Below, in pieces: positions 19,245 to 28,431 of a stretch of DNA of 64,000 bases. The stretch spans positions 10,340 to 74,339 of the forward strand of contig JBFGZS010000010.1 in the NCBI GenBank assembly GCA_041586615.1, written 5' to 3'. Source of the stretch: Motiliproteus sp. Its GTDB lineage: Bacteria; Pseudomonadota; Gammaproteobacteria; Pseudomonadales; Balneatricaceae. Below the pieces are notes generated by a model. That model did no database searches. It was not told the origin of the DNA and saw only the letters and a program-made list of their open reading frames with translations. The translations under genes were made by a program, and so were the position numbers. The first letter of the stretch is position 1. Each line of letters begins with the position of its first letter.

Positions 19245-20255
19245 ATGGGGCTTCTGGTAAACGGTGAATGGCAGGACCGCTGGTACGATACGAAGGCGAC
19301 CGACGGCCATTTTGCACGCAGCCAATCCCAGTTTCGTCACTGGATCACCACCGATGGCAGCGCAGGCCCCACCGGCGCCGCGGGCTTTAAAGCCGAAACC
19401 GGACGCTATCACCTTTACGTCTCCCTGGCCTGCCCCTGGGCGCATCGCACCTTAATATTCCGGGTATTGAAAGGCTTGGCGTCGAGCATCAGTGTGTCGG
19501 TGGTCAATCCTCTGATGAAAGAGCATGGCTGGACCTTCGATCCGGCGCCCGGCGTCGTTGCCGACCCGTTGCATCAAAGCCAATATCTGCACCAGCTCTA
19601 CACCCAGGCGGCAGCCGATTACTCGGGACGCGTGACGGTACCTATCCTGTGGGATAAACACCGGGACACTATCGTCAGTAACGAATCGGCGGATATTATC
19701 CGTATGCTGAACAGCGCCTTCGACCAGGCCGGTGCAACACCCGGCGATTACTATCCGGTAGCGCTACGTCGTGAGATCGACAGCCTCAACCAGCACATTT
19801 ATGACTCGGTCAATAACGGCGTCTACAAGGCCGGTTTTGCCACCACCCAGGCCGCGTATGAAGACGCCCTGTATCCGCTATTTGCCAGCCTCGACCAGCT
19901 GGAGCACCGGCTAAGCCAGCAACGCTACCTGCTCGGTGAACGTATAACCGAAGCGGACTGGCGCCTGTTTACCACCCTGATCCGCTTCGACCCGGTGTAC
20001 GTCGGACACTTCAAGTGCAACCTGCGCCCCATCCGCAGTTACCCCCATTTATGGGGTTATCTCAAGGAGCTGTACCAGTGGCCGGGGGTGCGCGCCACCG
20101 TCGATATGGCCCATATCAAGACCCATTATTATGCCAGTCACGATATGATCAACCCCACCGGCGTCGTGCCTGTTGGCCCTCTCCAGGACCTGGACAGTCC
20201 ACACCAGCGCGACGCGCCGGCAAGCGAACGACGCCCGCCGGTAACGTCAGGTTGA
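19245..20255 (+). CDS. Glutathione S-transferase, glutathionyl-hydroquinone reductase (YqjG/Xi) type
   Basis: 'MGLLVNGEW', 'YVSLACPWAHR', 'VTVPILWD', 'NESADI', 'HIKTHYYASH'. Confidence 0.92.
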   Translation: MGLLVNGEWQDRWYDTKATDGHFARSQSQFRHWITTDGSAGPTGAAGFKAETGRYHLYVSLACPWAHRTLIFRVLKGLASSISVSVVNPLMKEHGWTFDPAPGVVADPLHQSQYLHQLYTQAAADYSGRVTVPILWDKHRDTIVSNESADIIRMLNSAFDQAGATPGDYYPVALRREIDSLNQHIYDSVNNGVYKAGFATTQAAYEDALYPLFASLDQLEHRLSQQRYLLGERITEADWRLFTTLIRFDPVYVGHFKCNLRPIRSYPHLWGYLKELYQWPGVRATVDMAHIKTHYYASHDMINPTGVVPVGPLQDLDSPHQRDAPASERRPPVTSG

Positions 20256-20321
20256 CGCGGCAAAAAAGCGATCGAACTGATCGGCCGGTACCGGCCTGCC
20301 AAACAAGAATCCCTGGACCTG

Positions 20322-21257
20322 TTTGGCGCTATCAGGCCCTTTACCGGGTCCTGCCAGCGCAGCAATGCCTCCGCGCCCAACAACTGCTCGGTCTGCAGAT
20401 CAAACACCGGCTGATAATGCAGTACCAATTGATCGTGCTGTATAGCCCGCTGCAGCCCTGACACGATATCCAGATGATCGATAACCCGCTGCCCCATGGC
20501 GTGTTCATAAAATTGAAACTGGCCGTGCCCAGCCGCTTTAGCATGGTACATCGCAATATCGGCATTTTTCATCAGCGTATCGACATCGTCACCATCCTGG
20601 GGCCAGACCGCCACGCCGATACTGGCACCGGGCTCCAGTTCATGTTTACCAAACCAGACGGGGTCGGCCAGTGCCTCCTGTAACTTGGCACAGACCCGGC
20701 CACTTGGGGAAGTTCGGATCAATATCGTAGATCGCCAGCTTGACCAGCTCATCATGGGCGTACCCCAGATTCCGGCACGTCGCATCATTGGCGTAGATGA
20801 TCCGCGCGTCTTTGTCGATCCACAGCGCCGAGTCCACCATCTGGTCGACGGAAAACTCCATTAACTGCATGCGCTGGCTGCGTTCAGCCCGATGATCGAT
20901 AGGCCGAATCACCGCCACGGAATATTCAATATCGCCCTGGAATTGGTAGCTGTCGACGATCTCTACCGGCCGGTAGACACCCAAGGCGGTGCGGTGCTGT
21001 ACAGTCACGGTCAGCACGCGGCGACGCTTCAGCGCCATCCAGTGTTGTGGCCAGACCGATGGCCGAAAGTGGGTATCCAGGTCGTGGATGCTCATCCCAC
21101 AGAACGTGTCGAGGTCGTAGCCGTAGAAATGCAGTGCCGAAGGGTTCGCATTCAGCAGACGGCCGTCAGCCCCGATCCAGATGATTAAGTCTTTCAAGTT
21201 GCGGAGAGTATTGGCCAAAAAATCGGGGGAATTAAAGTCCATATCAACACGATACAC
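20322..21257 (-). pseudogene. PAS-PAS-GGDEF-EAL relic: internal deletion/frameshift near 20700 and EAL truncated
   Basis: Two PAS repeats, then an out-of-frame jump into the GGDEF C-terminus ('ASIGVAVWP', 'KNADIAMYHAK') and EAL start ('LHYQPVFD', 'GAEALLRW'), ending after 'GLIAP'. No GGDEF motif remains. Confidence 0.82.
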
Positions 21258-21424
21258 CAGCTGAATGAAGGACTGACTATACCGCTATTGTTGCAATCCG
21301 GCACGACAGGAGTGCATACGAGGCAGCGCTAATTAGCGAACATTTGATTTTGCGCAGCTTTTGGCAATATTGTAAATCGAATCATAAACGGGATAGCTCT
21401 GCCAACCGCCCTTCGTATCAACAC

Positions 21425-24400
21425 CTACACAGAACGACGCAGCGTATGCAGCATGTGATAAATCACCGGAACCAGTAACAGGCTGACCAGCATCGAGTAG
21501 CTCAGCCCCCACACCACCGTGATCGCCAGGGGTTGCAGCATCTCGGCGCCATCGCCCCAGCCCAGCGCCAAGGGCAGCATGCCGACGACCGTACTCAGGG
21601 TCGTCATCAGGATAGGGCGTAAACGCAAACGTGCGGCGGCAACAATCATATGGCGCAACTCACCGGCGCTAGCGGATTGCGGCCCAGCGTTGCGCTCCGC
21701 GTGCTCTCTGCGTTCGAGCTCGATGTACTCCACCAGCAGGATCGCATTGTTCACCACGATCCCCACCAGCATGACCATGCCGAGCCAGACCGGCATCGAC
21801 AGCGGTATCGCGAGCAGATCAATACCCAGGGCCACCCCGGAAGCCGCAAAGGGCACGCTAAGGATAATAATCAGCGGATTGAGCAGCGATTCGTATTGGA
21901 TCGCCATCACCACAAACACCAGAAACAGCGCCAATAACAGCAGGATATCGGTCTGTTGTTGCTGGGCCTGCAAGGCTTTCTGGCCGCCGCCATCGTACAA
22001 ACTGTAGCCTTGCGGCAATTGCGCCCGGTCACGGAGCTGCTGCAGCGACTGCAGCGCCTCGCCGAGGGTGGTGCCGTCGCGTAGCGAGGCAGACAGTTCG
22101 ACGATGCGCATCTGGTTGTCGCGCATGATGGTCGCGGGAGTTTCCAGCAACTGAATCTGCGCCACGCTGCCCAGATACAGCGCCGGCGCACCGGCCCGGG
22201 CGGGGAATAGGATGATCGATTCCAGGTCCTGCGGGCTGCGAAATGCCGACGGTGCCAGACGCAGACGGATATCGTAGGCGCGGTCGCTGTCCAGGTAATC
22301 ACTCACGACCCGGCCCTGCAACGCGATCTGGGCCGCCTCCGTCAGATCCTGCAGGGTCAGTCCCAGCTGGGCCGCACGGTTACGGTCCAGCTTAATCGCG
22401 ATTTCGAACTGCTCGTCCTCGGCAGAATGCGCGACATTGCTCAGACCGGGAATCGCACGCATGTTATCGGCTAGGCCATCGGCCAGCACCTTGAGTTGCG
22501 CCAGATCAGTACCCTGTAAGCGCAGGCTGATATCGTCGTCACCGCGACTGGTACGAATACCCCGGATGCCCCGCTGCGTCATGCGTACCTGAAAACCGGC
22601 CAGTTGTTGCTGCCCGACAACTGTGTTCATGCGCTGCATCCATTCACCACTGCTGACACGCCGTTGCGCCAACGGCACCAGCTGGACAATCACCGAGGCA
22701 CGGCTGGGACGCTCACGCTGGGAACGGCCAAACACCGATCCCCCCACCAGGGTATACACCGAGGCCGTTTCGGGCTGTACCGCAAACAGCCCTTCTAACA
22801 AACGGACCCGCTGATCCATCTCCTCGAGGGATGTGCCGACATCGGCCGATATCGAGATGCTGATCCGCCCGTCGTCGAGTTTGGGTAAAAAGATCTGTTT
22901 GCCGGACATAAACACCGGCACGCTGAAGCCCAAGGCCAGCATAAATGCCAGCAAGGTCAGCACGCGCCAACGCAGCAAGACAGCGATCACGACGGCGTAG
23001 CCACGCTGCAGCAGAGCGATAACCGCGTCGACCCCGCGTCGCAGCGCACTACTGCTGGTGGCCGTGACCTTGGCCGCGTACGCCGGCACCAGCGTCAGCG
23101 CAATAATCATCGACGCAAAAATCGCCGCCGAGATGGTGAAGATCAATTCCCGAAACAGCAGACCGGTCAGGCCGCCAACAAACAGAAACGGCAGTACCGC
23201 CGACAGGTTGGTCGAGGTCGCCGCCACAATCGCCCCATTCACTTCACTAGCCGCCTGCGTGGCGGCATCCTCCGGCCGCTCCCGATGGCACTGGTGCCGG
23301 TAGATGTTCTCCAGCATCACGATGGTGTTATCCACCAGCATGCCGATGCCCAGTGCCAGCCCCCCCAGCGTCATGACGTTTAGCGTCAGGCCGCCGATTC
23401 CCATCAGCACGCAGGTAAACATAATGGCGATCGGGATTGCGCTACCGATAATCAGCGTGCGGCGCAGATTACCCAGAAACAGGTAGACCACCGACATGGC
23501 CAGCAACGCACCGCTGATCGCGGCCAAGGAAGCATTTTTCAGGGCCTGTAAGATATAGATAGACTGGTCGGCGACCAGGGTTACGCGCACGTCTTGCGGG
23601 ATAATGCGTTGCGCATGCAGCCAGGCCAACCGCTCATTGACGACCGCCGCCACCGCGGTGGTATTGGCCGTCGGTTGTTTCTGAATCGACAGTTTGATGC
23701 CGCTAACACCATCGGCGCGCACTTTGATACGCTCATCCTCGCTGCTGTCCAGCACCTCGGCCACGTCGTTCAGGTACACCGTCTGACCGCCATTTCGCGT
23801 TATCGGCAGCTGGCGAATCTCGTCGAGGGAGGTAAAGCGGCCACTGATCCGCCCGGTGATTTCATAGCCGGGCATCTGCAGACGACCGATCGGCTGGTCA
23901 CTGTTGCCCCCCTGCAGGGCGCTGATCAGGTCCCGATAGCTTAAGCCGATACCCGCCAACCGTCCTTGATCCGGGATGATCTGGATCTCGCGCAGCACAC
24001 CGCCACCGACCTCCGCCGCCGCTACACCGGGAAGGTTCAAAAACCATTTGCTGAACGAAGCATCAACCCATTGCTGTAGCGCCGCACTGTCACGCAGCGG
24101 TGAACTGATCACAAATTCCTGCACCGGGATTTGCGACGGATCCAGCTTAAAGATCACCGGCGGATCGATACTGTCCGGCAAAAAACGCTTGGCACGATCG
24201 AGTCGGGTACTGGCATCGCGCAGGGCGACATCGATATCTTTGCCGTAATCAAATGCCAGATCGACACTGGCGCTTCCCCGCGTACTGCTCGATTGCACGC
24301 TGATGGCGTCCTCGGTGATCGCCAACTGCTCCTCCAGCTGCCGGGTGATCTTGTCCTCCATCACCGACGCGGGAACGCCGGCGTCACTGATTCGCACCCG

Positions 24401-24547
24401 AATCTCCGGGTAGATAATATGCGGCAGCAGGTCGATGGCCAAACGACTGAGGGTGAACAGGCCCAGTACGATCACGGCCAGCGCAATCATGGACACCCCG
24501 ACCGGATGGCGTATCGACCAACCCGCTAACCCGCCGCGCAGATTCAT
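21425..24547 (-). CDS. RND efflux permease (AcrB/AcrD/AcrF family)
   Basis: 1040 aa; 'GMLVDNTIVMLENI', 'GIVVNNAILLV', 'RLRPILMTTLST'. Confidence 0.95.
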   Translation of the reverse strand: MNLRGGLAGWSIRHPVGVSMIALAVIVLGLFTLSRLAIDLLPHIIYPEIRVRISDAGVPASVMEDKITRQLEEQLAITEDAISVQSSSTRGSASVDLAFDYGKDIDVALRDASTRLDRAKRFLPDSIDPPVIFKLDPSQIPVQEFVISSPLRDSAALQQWVDASFSKWFLNLPGVAAAEVGGGVLREIQIIPDQGRLAGIGLSYRDLISALQGGNSDQPIGRLQMPGYEITGRISGRFTSLDEIRQLPITRNGGQTVYLNDVAEVLDSSEDERIKVRADGVSGIKLSIQKQPTANTTAVAAVVNERLAWLHAQRIIPQDVRVTLVADQSIYILQALKNASLAAISGALLAMSVVYLFLGNLRRTLIIGSAIPIAIMFTCVLMGIGGLTLNVMTLGGLALGIGMLVDNTIVMLENIYRHQCHRERPEDAATQAASEVNGAIVAATSTNLSAVLPFLFVGGLTGLLFRELIFTISAAIFASMIIALTLVPAYAAKVTATSSSALRRGVDAVIALLQRGYAVVIAVLLRWRVLTLLAFMLALGFSVPVFMSGKQIFLPKLDDGRISISISADVGTSLEEMDQRVRLLEGLFAVQPETASVYTLVGGSVFGRSQRERPSRASVIVQLVPLAQRRVSSGEWMQRMNTVVGQQQLAGFQVRMTQRGIRGIRTSRGDDDISLRLQGTDLAQLKVLADGLADNMRAIPGLSNVAHSAEDEQFEIAIKLDRNRAAQLGLTLQDLTEAAQIALQGRVVSDYLDSDRAYDIRLRLAPSAFRSPQDLESIILFPARAGAPALYLGSVAQIQLLETPATIMRDNQMRIVELSASLRDGTTLGEALQSLQQLRDRAQLPQGYSLYDGGGQKALQAQQQQTDILLLLALFLVFVVMAIQYESLLNPLIIILSVPFAASGVALGIDLLAIPLSMPVWLGMVMLVGIVVNNAILLVEYIELERREHAERNAGPQSASAGELRHMIVAAARLRLRPILMTTLSTVVGMLPLALGWGDGAEMLQPLAITVVWGLSYSMLVSLLLVPVIYHMLHTLRRSV

Positions 24548-25647
24548 GGCTGTGTGTCCTGCTTGCTGGGCTTACCCGCTGCGCCGGCCGCGTGTGTGGC
24601 TGTTGTTTGCGCGGCGGCAGCAACCTGTTTCACGCTCATACCGGTGCGTAGATTGGTAAAACCACGGGTGACGACCTGGCTGCCCGGCTGCAGTCCCGAC
24701 AAGACTTCCACCTGCTCGCCGATCCGCAGGCCCGTGACTACGAACGTTTGCCGCACCTGTTGCGCCGCATCCAGGGTAAACAGGTACTCGCCTTCCACCG
24801 CGCGTCGCAGGGCGCTGAAGGGTATCAACAACCGCTCCGAGGCCTGGGTTCGCAGCCGCACCCGCACCAGTTGACCGGGCCGGGCACCCGGGGGCGGCGA
24901 GTCGAGACCGATCTCGACGGTACCGGTGCGGGTTACCGGGTCCAGGTTGGGGTAGATACGGGTAATAACTCCCGGCAAAACCGTCGCACTGCCCAGGGCA
25001 TCAATAGTGACCGCCACCGGGTCCCCTTTATGCAACTTGTTGATCAGTAGCTCCGAAACGGCCACCTCGGTAATCAGCGTGCGCTGATCGGATATCGTCA
25101 TCAAATGGGTATAGCGCTCGGCAATATTGCCGGGTTCACTCAAGCGTTGGCTGACAACACCGCTGATGGGCGCACGCAGGGTGGTGTAGGCCAGCCGGGT
25201 CACGAGCATCTGCTCGTCGGCCTTGGCGACCGCCAGCTCGGTCTCGGCCCGGGTCAGTTCGGTCTGTGCCGTAAGGCGCTTATCGATCAGTTCCCCGATG
25301 CGCGCCAAGTCTTTCTCGGCCTTGCGCCGCAGCGCTTGGGTGCGGGCCAGTTGCGCCTGCAGCAGCGCGGCATCCAGTCGCGCTACCACGTCACCGGCAC
25401 GCACCGGATCACCGGCATAGAAAGGCAACGACGTGATGCGCCCCTCCTCCTGGTTAAAGATCTGGATCTCCTGCTGCGCCCGCAGCGTACCGGTGCGTTC
25501 GCGTTCGACCGCCAGTACGGCGCGCTGCGCACTGACCACTTCCACCAGATGCGGCTTCGGCGTACGCGGTTGCGGCGCAGGCGCTTCACTGCAGCCCAGG
25601 ATAGATAAACTGACGAGCGTAATCATAATCGACAAGGCGATAGGCAT
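24544..25647 (-). CDS. RND periplasmic adaptor (membrane fusion protein), lipoprotein
   Basis: Lipobox 'ILGC'; 'LRAPISGVV', 'LRIGEQVEVLSGL'. Overlaps the permease start. Confidence 0.93.
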   Translation of the reverse strand: MPIALSIMITLVSLSILGCSEAPAPQPRTPKPHLVEVVSAQRAVLAVERERTGTLRAQQEIQIFNQEEGRITSLPFYAGDPVRAGDVVARLDAALLQAQLARTQALRRKAEKDLARIGELIDKRLTAQTELTRAETELAVAKADEQMLVTRLAYTTLRAPISGVVSQRLSEPGNIAERYTHLMTISDQRTLITEVAVSELLINKLHKGDPVAVTIDALGSATVLPGVITRIYPNLDPVTRTGTVEIGLDSPPPGARPGQLVRVRLRTQASERLLIPFSALRRAVEGEYLFTLDAAQQVRQTFVVTGLRIGEQVEVLSGLQPGSQVVTRGFTNLRTGMSVKQVAAAAQTTATHAAGAAGKPSKQDTQP

Positions 25648-25682
25648 AGTGGGTCGACTCTGCTGTAAACGGGCTGGTATTG

Positions 25683-25719
25683 AACGGACGGGTTAGCAAC
25701 GGACGCATTGTAAACGGAC
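25683..25719 (+). repeat. Three AACGGAC motifs at exact 15-bp spacing
   Basis: At 25683, 25698 and 25713 in the divergent RND/DUF2157 promoter region. Confidence 0.65.
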
Positions 25720-25814
25720 TAGATTATAGGAAGACAGACGAAAGGTGGACCTGTTCAGACGATGCAAATGATCAAAAAGTTCAGAATCGCACCACGAAGC
25801 CCGGAATGGCAGGT

Positions 25815-25896
25815 TATTCAGGCGGCAATGTAATACCGCGCAAAAATGTCGTCATCAACAGGGCGAAGGGATCGGTATATTGATGCCAGGTTAATA
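25815..25896. repeat. Dispersed palindromic element, copy 2 (most regular)
   Basis: TATTCA-N3-GGCA-N5-ATACCG ... CGGTAT-N5-TGCC-N3-TTAATA. Confidence 0.8.
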
Positions 25897-25948
25897 GTTT
25901 ATCCACAACCTGCTAGTCTTGGTCTGTTAGCCGTGCATACAAGGAAGG

Positions 25949-27277
25949 ATGATGGACAAGCACCACCCGTGGTTACGTCACGAGATCGGTATCTGGCAAA
26001 CGGAAGGGATTATCAACGCCGAGCAGGCGCGCCAACTCCAGGATCGCTACCCGCCAGCCCCGGACAACGCGTGGGGCAAGCTGATCTTCACGAGCCTGGG
26101 TGCGCTGATTTTCGGGCTTGGCATCTGTCTGCTCATTGCCTACAACTGGCAGGGTATGCACCGTTTCGTCAAACTGGCCCTTATCGGCGTAACCCTGCTG
26201 CTGGTGCACGGCAGCGCTTGGTGGCTCCGCCGTCCCGCCGGCACGCACGCACGCGTCGGCGAGAGCCTGCATCTCCTGGGCACATTGCTGTTTGGTGCCG
26301 GCATCTGGCTGGTGGCGCAAATCTACCATCTGGATGAGCACTACCCCAATGCGTACCTGATATGGAGCTTGGCGGCACTCGGCCTGGCCTGGGCGATCCC
26401 CTCCGTGCTTCAGGGGCTGCTGGCACTGGCCTTGGTGTTTATGTGGAGCTGGTTCGAGGTGTTCGATTTCAATCAGACGCACCACTGGGGCGCCTGGCTG
26501 GTCGCCTTCGGCGTCATGCCGCTCGCCTGGCAGCAGCGATCCCGGCCATTACTGTTCTTCAGCCTGAGCCTGTTTATGGCCCTCTATGCCTTTACTCTAC
26601 TGCGCGTCGACGATGACCTGGTGTTTTCCGCCCTGTTTATAACCGCCTGCGCCTGTCTGGGCCTGGCTCGACTGGCGGCGGACAGCACCTTCGCCGACAG
26701 CGCAGGCGTTTTCCACAGCGTCGGGGCGACGGTGTATCTGCTACTGCTGTTTGTGGCCAGTTTTGGCAGCCAGGAATTCGCCCCGTTTGAACGGCTACCC
26801 ACCGGGGGCATGGCCGGGTTTTACTGGGGCTTACCCCTGCTAATAGCCCTTCTGGCCTGGGCACGCGTTCTCTTGAAAAGGCCCGCCGCGACGCATTCCC
26901 TGGATACCTTTAGCCGCCGACTCGAGCAGGTCGACGCAGCGCTGATCATCACCGCACTGATGGTCGCGATCGGTTCATCCCTGCCGCTAGCGGGCATACC
27001 GCAGGGGAACTGGCTGGTCTTCAACCTGCTATTTTTGGCCCACGGCGCTATTCTGATCGCGCAGGGGATCCGCCAGTTACGCTGGCAGTGGGTTTCGCTA
27101 GGCGGGCTGATGTTGGCCGCACTGATCTTTGCCCGCTTCCTCGACCTCTTCGACAGCTTGCTGATGCGCTCGCTGGCCTTCCTGGTGCTTGGCGGCGGCC
27201 TATTTATCATAGGCGCACGCTACTCACGTCAAAAACGCCAACACCAACCCAGTCAGCCGGAGAATCCCCATGCCTAA
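25949..27277 (+). CDS. DUF2157 multi-pass membrane protein
   Basis: 'WQTEGIINAEQA', 'GALIFGLGICLLIAYNW', 'LFGAGIWLVAQIYH'. Confidence 0.88.
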   Translation: MMDKHHPWLRHEIGIWQTEGIINAEQARQLQDRYPPAPDNAWGKLIFTSLGALIFGLGICLLIAYNWQGMHRFVKLALIGVTLLLVHGSAWWLRRPAGTHARVGESLHLLGTLLFGAGIWLVAQIYHLDEHYPNAYLIWSLAALGLAWAIPSVLQGLLALALVFMWSWFEVFDFNQTHHWGAWLVAFGVMPLAWQQRSRPLLFFSLSLFMALYAFTLLRVDDDLVFSALFITACACLGLARLAADSTFADSAGVFHSVGATVYLLLLFVASFGSQEFAPFERLPTGGMAGFYWGLPLLIALLAWARVLLKRPAATHSLDTFSRRLEQVDAALIITALMVAIGSSLPLAGIPQGNWLVFNLLFLAHGAILIAQGIRQLRWQWVSLGGLMLAALIFARFLDLFDSLLMRSLAFLVLGGGLFIIGARYSRQKRQHQPSQPENPHA

Positions 27278-28312
27278 GTTGCTGAATCGTTCGCGACTGG
27301 TGATCCTGCTGGTGCTGCTGCAACTGGTGGTATTGGCCGCAATGGCCGGTAAACGCGAATATATCCGTGCGTTTGGCCAGGAGGTCTTTCTGCGCACCGC
27401 GCCTATCGACCCACGCGACCCGTTTCGTGGCGATTTTGTCCGCCTGAGTTATCCCTTCTCGACCGTTGCGACACAACAGATCCGCACGAGCATCGACACG
27501 AAAACCTTGCCGAAAGACCAGCCCGTTTTCGCGCTACTCACACCCGGCGCACAAGGCCTGTATGCGTTCGACTATCTTACGACCGCCCCCCCTACCCACG
27601 GGACATTTATCCGGGGACGGGTTGAATACGACTGGCGATCACCCCGCGGCGGCAATCTGGCCGTGCGTTATGGCATCGAACAGCTGTTTGTACAGCAGGG
27701 AGAAGGCCGCGCCATCGAGACACGTCGCGGCCTACGCGGCGGCCTGCAGGTCCCGATGGAAGTCAGGGTGGCTCTGGGCAACGACGGCACCGCCGTCATC
27801 AAGGATTTCCGCTGGAGCCCCCTGGGCATCCAAGTTGAAATATTACGCGTTAATCGCCGCGCGCGCGCGCCAATGACAACGCGCGCCCCCCCGCCGACGA
27901 GCCCAGCCAGCCCTTAAGTCCACGCCTGCGCCTGACGCTGCAGAATGTCTCGGCGCAGGCGCTGACCTTGGCGGACCCTGCAGGCCCCTGCGGCTTGACT
28001 CTGGTCAGCGCCAACACGGGCGTGGAGGACTACCCCCTGGCCGATACAACCTGCTCGGCACCCGACTTACTGCCTGGCCCGTCTCAACAGATTCAATTGG
28101 CGCCGCAGGAAGCGATTGCGCTGGAGTTAGAGCTGGGCGAGCCTCGTTGGCATGTGCGGGAAGCCGGGCAGCCGGTCGAGATTGGCGCGCTGGAACAGCC
28201 GGCCATGTTCCGGCTGATCTACCGTAGTCCGGCTAGCGGCCAGCCCGATAACACGCACTGGTACGGCGACCTACCCAGCCAGGCCTTTAACGCCTTTGGG
28301 CGTATCGATTAA
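27270..28312 (+). pseudogene. GDYXXLXY-domain protein with a C-terminal extension, split by a frameshift in a (CG)n/C7 region
   Basis: 'LRTAPIDPRDPFRGDFVRLSY', 'YGIEQLFV'. Frame 1 stops at 27917. A second frame is open from 27854 to 28312 (…ADEPSQPLSPRLRLTLQNVS…). Confidence 0.72.
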
Positions 28313-28431
28313 ACCTGATAACACCCGGCCTGTGACCCGCATCAAGCCGCGCGCCCCTTAACCTGCAACCGTGCCGACCGTCGTACGCGGCGTTTTTATA
28401 CCCGACAGTTCGCATTGATGCCCGTTAAGGT

